Below, piece after piece: positions 63,211-64,000 of a stretch of 64,000 bases of DNA. The translations under genes and the position numbers were made by a program. The stretch is from positions 4,774,001 to 4,838,000 of the forward strand of contig NC_043001.1 in assembly GCF_006345805.1 (NCBI RefSeq), in the 5' to 3' direction. Under the pieces are notes generated by a model. It searched no databases, was not told the origin of the DNA, and saw only the letters and a program-made list of their open reading frames with translations. Position 1 is the first letter of the stretch, and every line of letters begins with the position of its first letter. Source of the stretch: Octopus sinensis (lineage: Eukaryota).

Positions 63211-64000
63211 CTGTAACTCTATATATTCATACGACTGCAATAGTTTTCTTTTAACCCTAATTCGTTTGAAAATTTCACATTCGAAACTTTACTTGTGAGA
63301 AATTCGTATATTTCAATTTGAGAAAACGGACAATTGGAAACAGGAGAAAGAATAAAAATTGTTATGAATAAAACACAAGTTCAGCAAATATTTTAATCGA
63401 TTTAATCGATCTCAACATTTGTTATTTGAATGCATTGATTCAGATGGAAGAACTGAAAATGTTGACTTCGATGGCATTTGAACACAAATTTATAGATCCA
63501 GAACACGACAGGCTCACAGTGTACACCGCTCTAAGATATTCTATCATGCTACTGATCAGCAATGCTAAGGAGCTTCAACAAAAGCATCTGTACATACATC
63601 TCATTAACTGATACGGATGAGTGGTTTGGGTAGAGCCATGCATAGGCACATGTTCATCATTGCAAGTTCAATGTACGATAATAATGCAAATTTTCGAGAA
63701 GATGCGGTTTTCCCTCTGCATTCTGTTTTATGCAAAGCAGCAGGCATATATTTCTAATATCACACCATTTCACACACCTACATAGCAATACGTTCCATTC
63801 TTTGAAGGCAATCTCGTTTAAATCAACGTTTTTCTATTCCAACAAGGAAGTGAAATGAATATATATTTGCAGCATCTTAATGCATTCCTTATTCACATTG
63901 TTCAATATTCTGCACACTCAGTTATATGAACCGTTTGCAGCGTATCTTTCATGCAGTTATATAATATGAGGTTATGTGAGCTGAAATATGCGAAATTTTT

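Noticed and set aside
1-64000. CRISPR arrays, rRNA, prokaryotic operons
   Set aside because: No repeat-spacer arrays or rRNA signatures; the sequence is eukaryotic repeat-rich DNA.

Overview
AT-rich eukaryotic genomic DNA saturated with (TA)n, (TG)n and (CATA)n microsatellites. The repeat content (tRNA-derived SINEs, RTE, CR1/L2-group and Penelope-like retroelements) strongly resembles Octopus/cephalopod DNA; this is an inference from recalled repeat families, not a database search. There is no intact protein-coding gene. Most ORFs in the track are microsatellite translations or decayed transposon fragments, and only three short, splice-site-supported candidate host exons were seen (+ strand). 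Recognisable elements are a Penelope-like element with RT and GIY-YIG, RTE LINEs, CR1/L2-group LINEs, an R4/Dong-like remnant, four SINE types, Tc1/mariner fragments, MITEs and Helitron/Helentron-type non-autonomous elements. The main unexplained structure is a set of at least 10 minimal type I hammerhead ribozyme (HHR) motifs, found by manual folding. (i) Two (TA)n-adjacent elements have an identical 540-bp terminal-redundancy period. With a third relative they share an unusual HHR (mismatched 10.1/11.1 pair, 3x3 internal loop in stem II, covarying stems) and a conserved downstream motif, which suggests a retrozyme-like, possibly circular-RNA-derived family. (ii) A ~310-bp foldback carries two divergent HHRs with a compensated U3:A8 core. 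(iii) Several HHRs have stem III reduced to a 4-6 nt palindrome and can only fold as dimers, including an intact one just downstream of the Penelope ORF. All ribozyme activity is predicted, not demonstrated.
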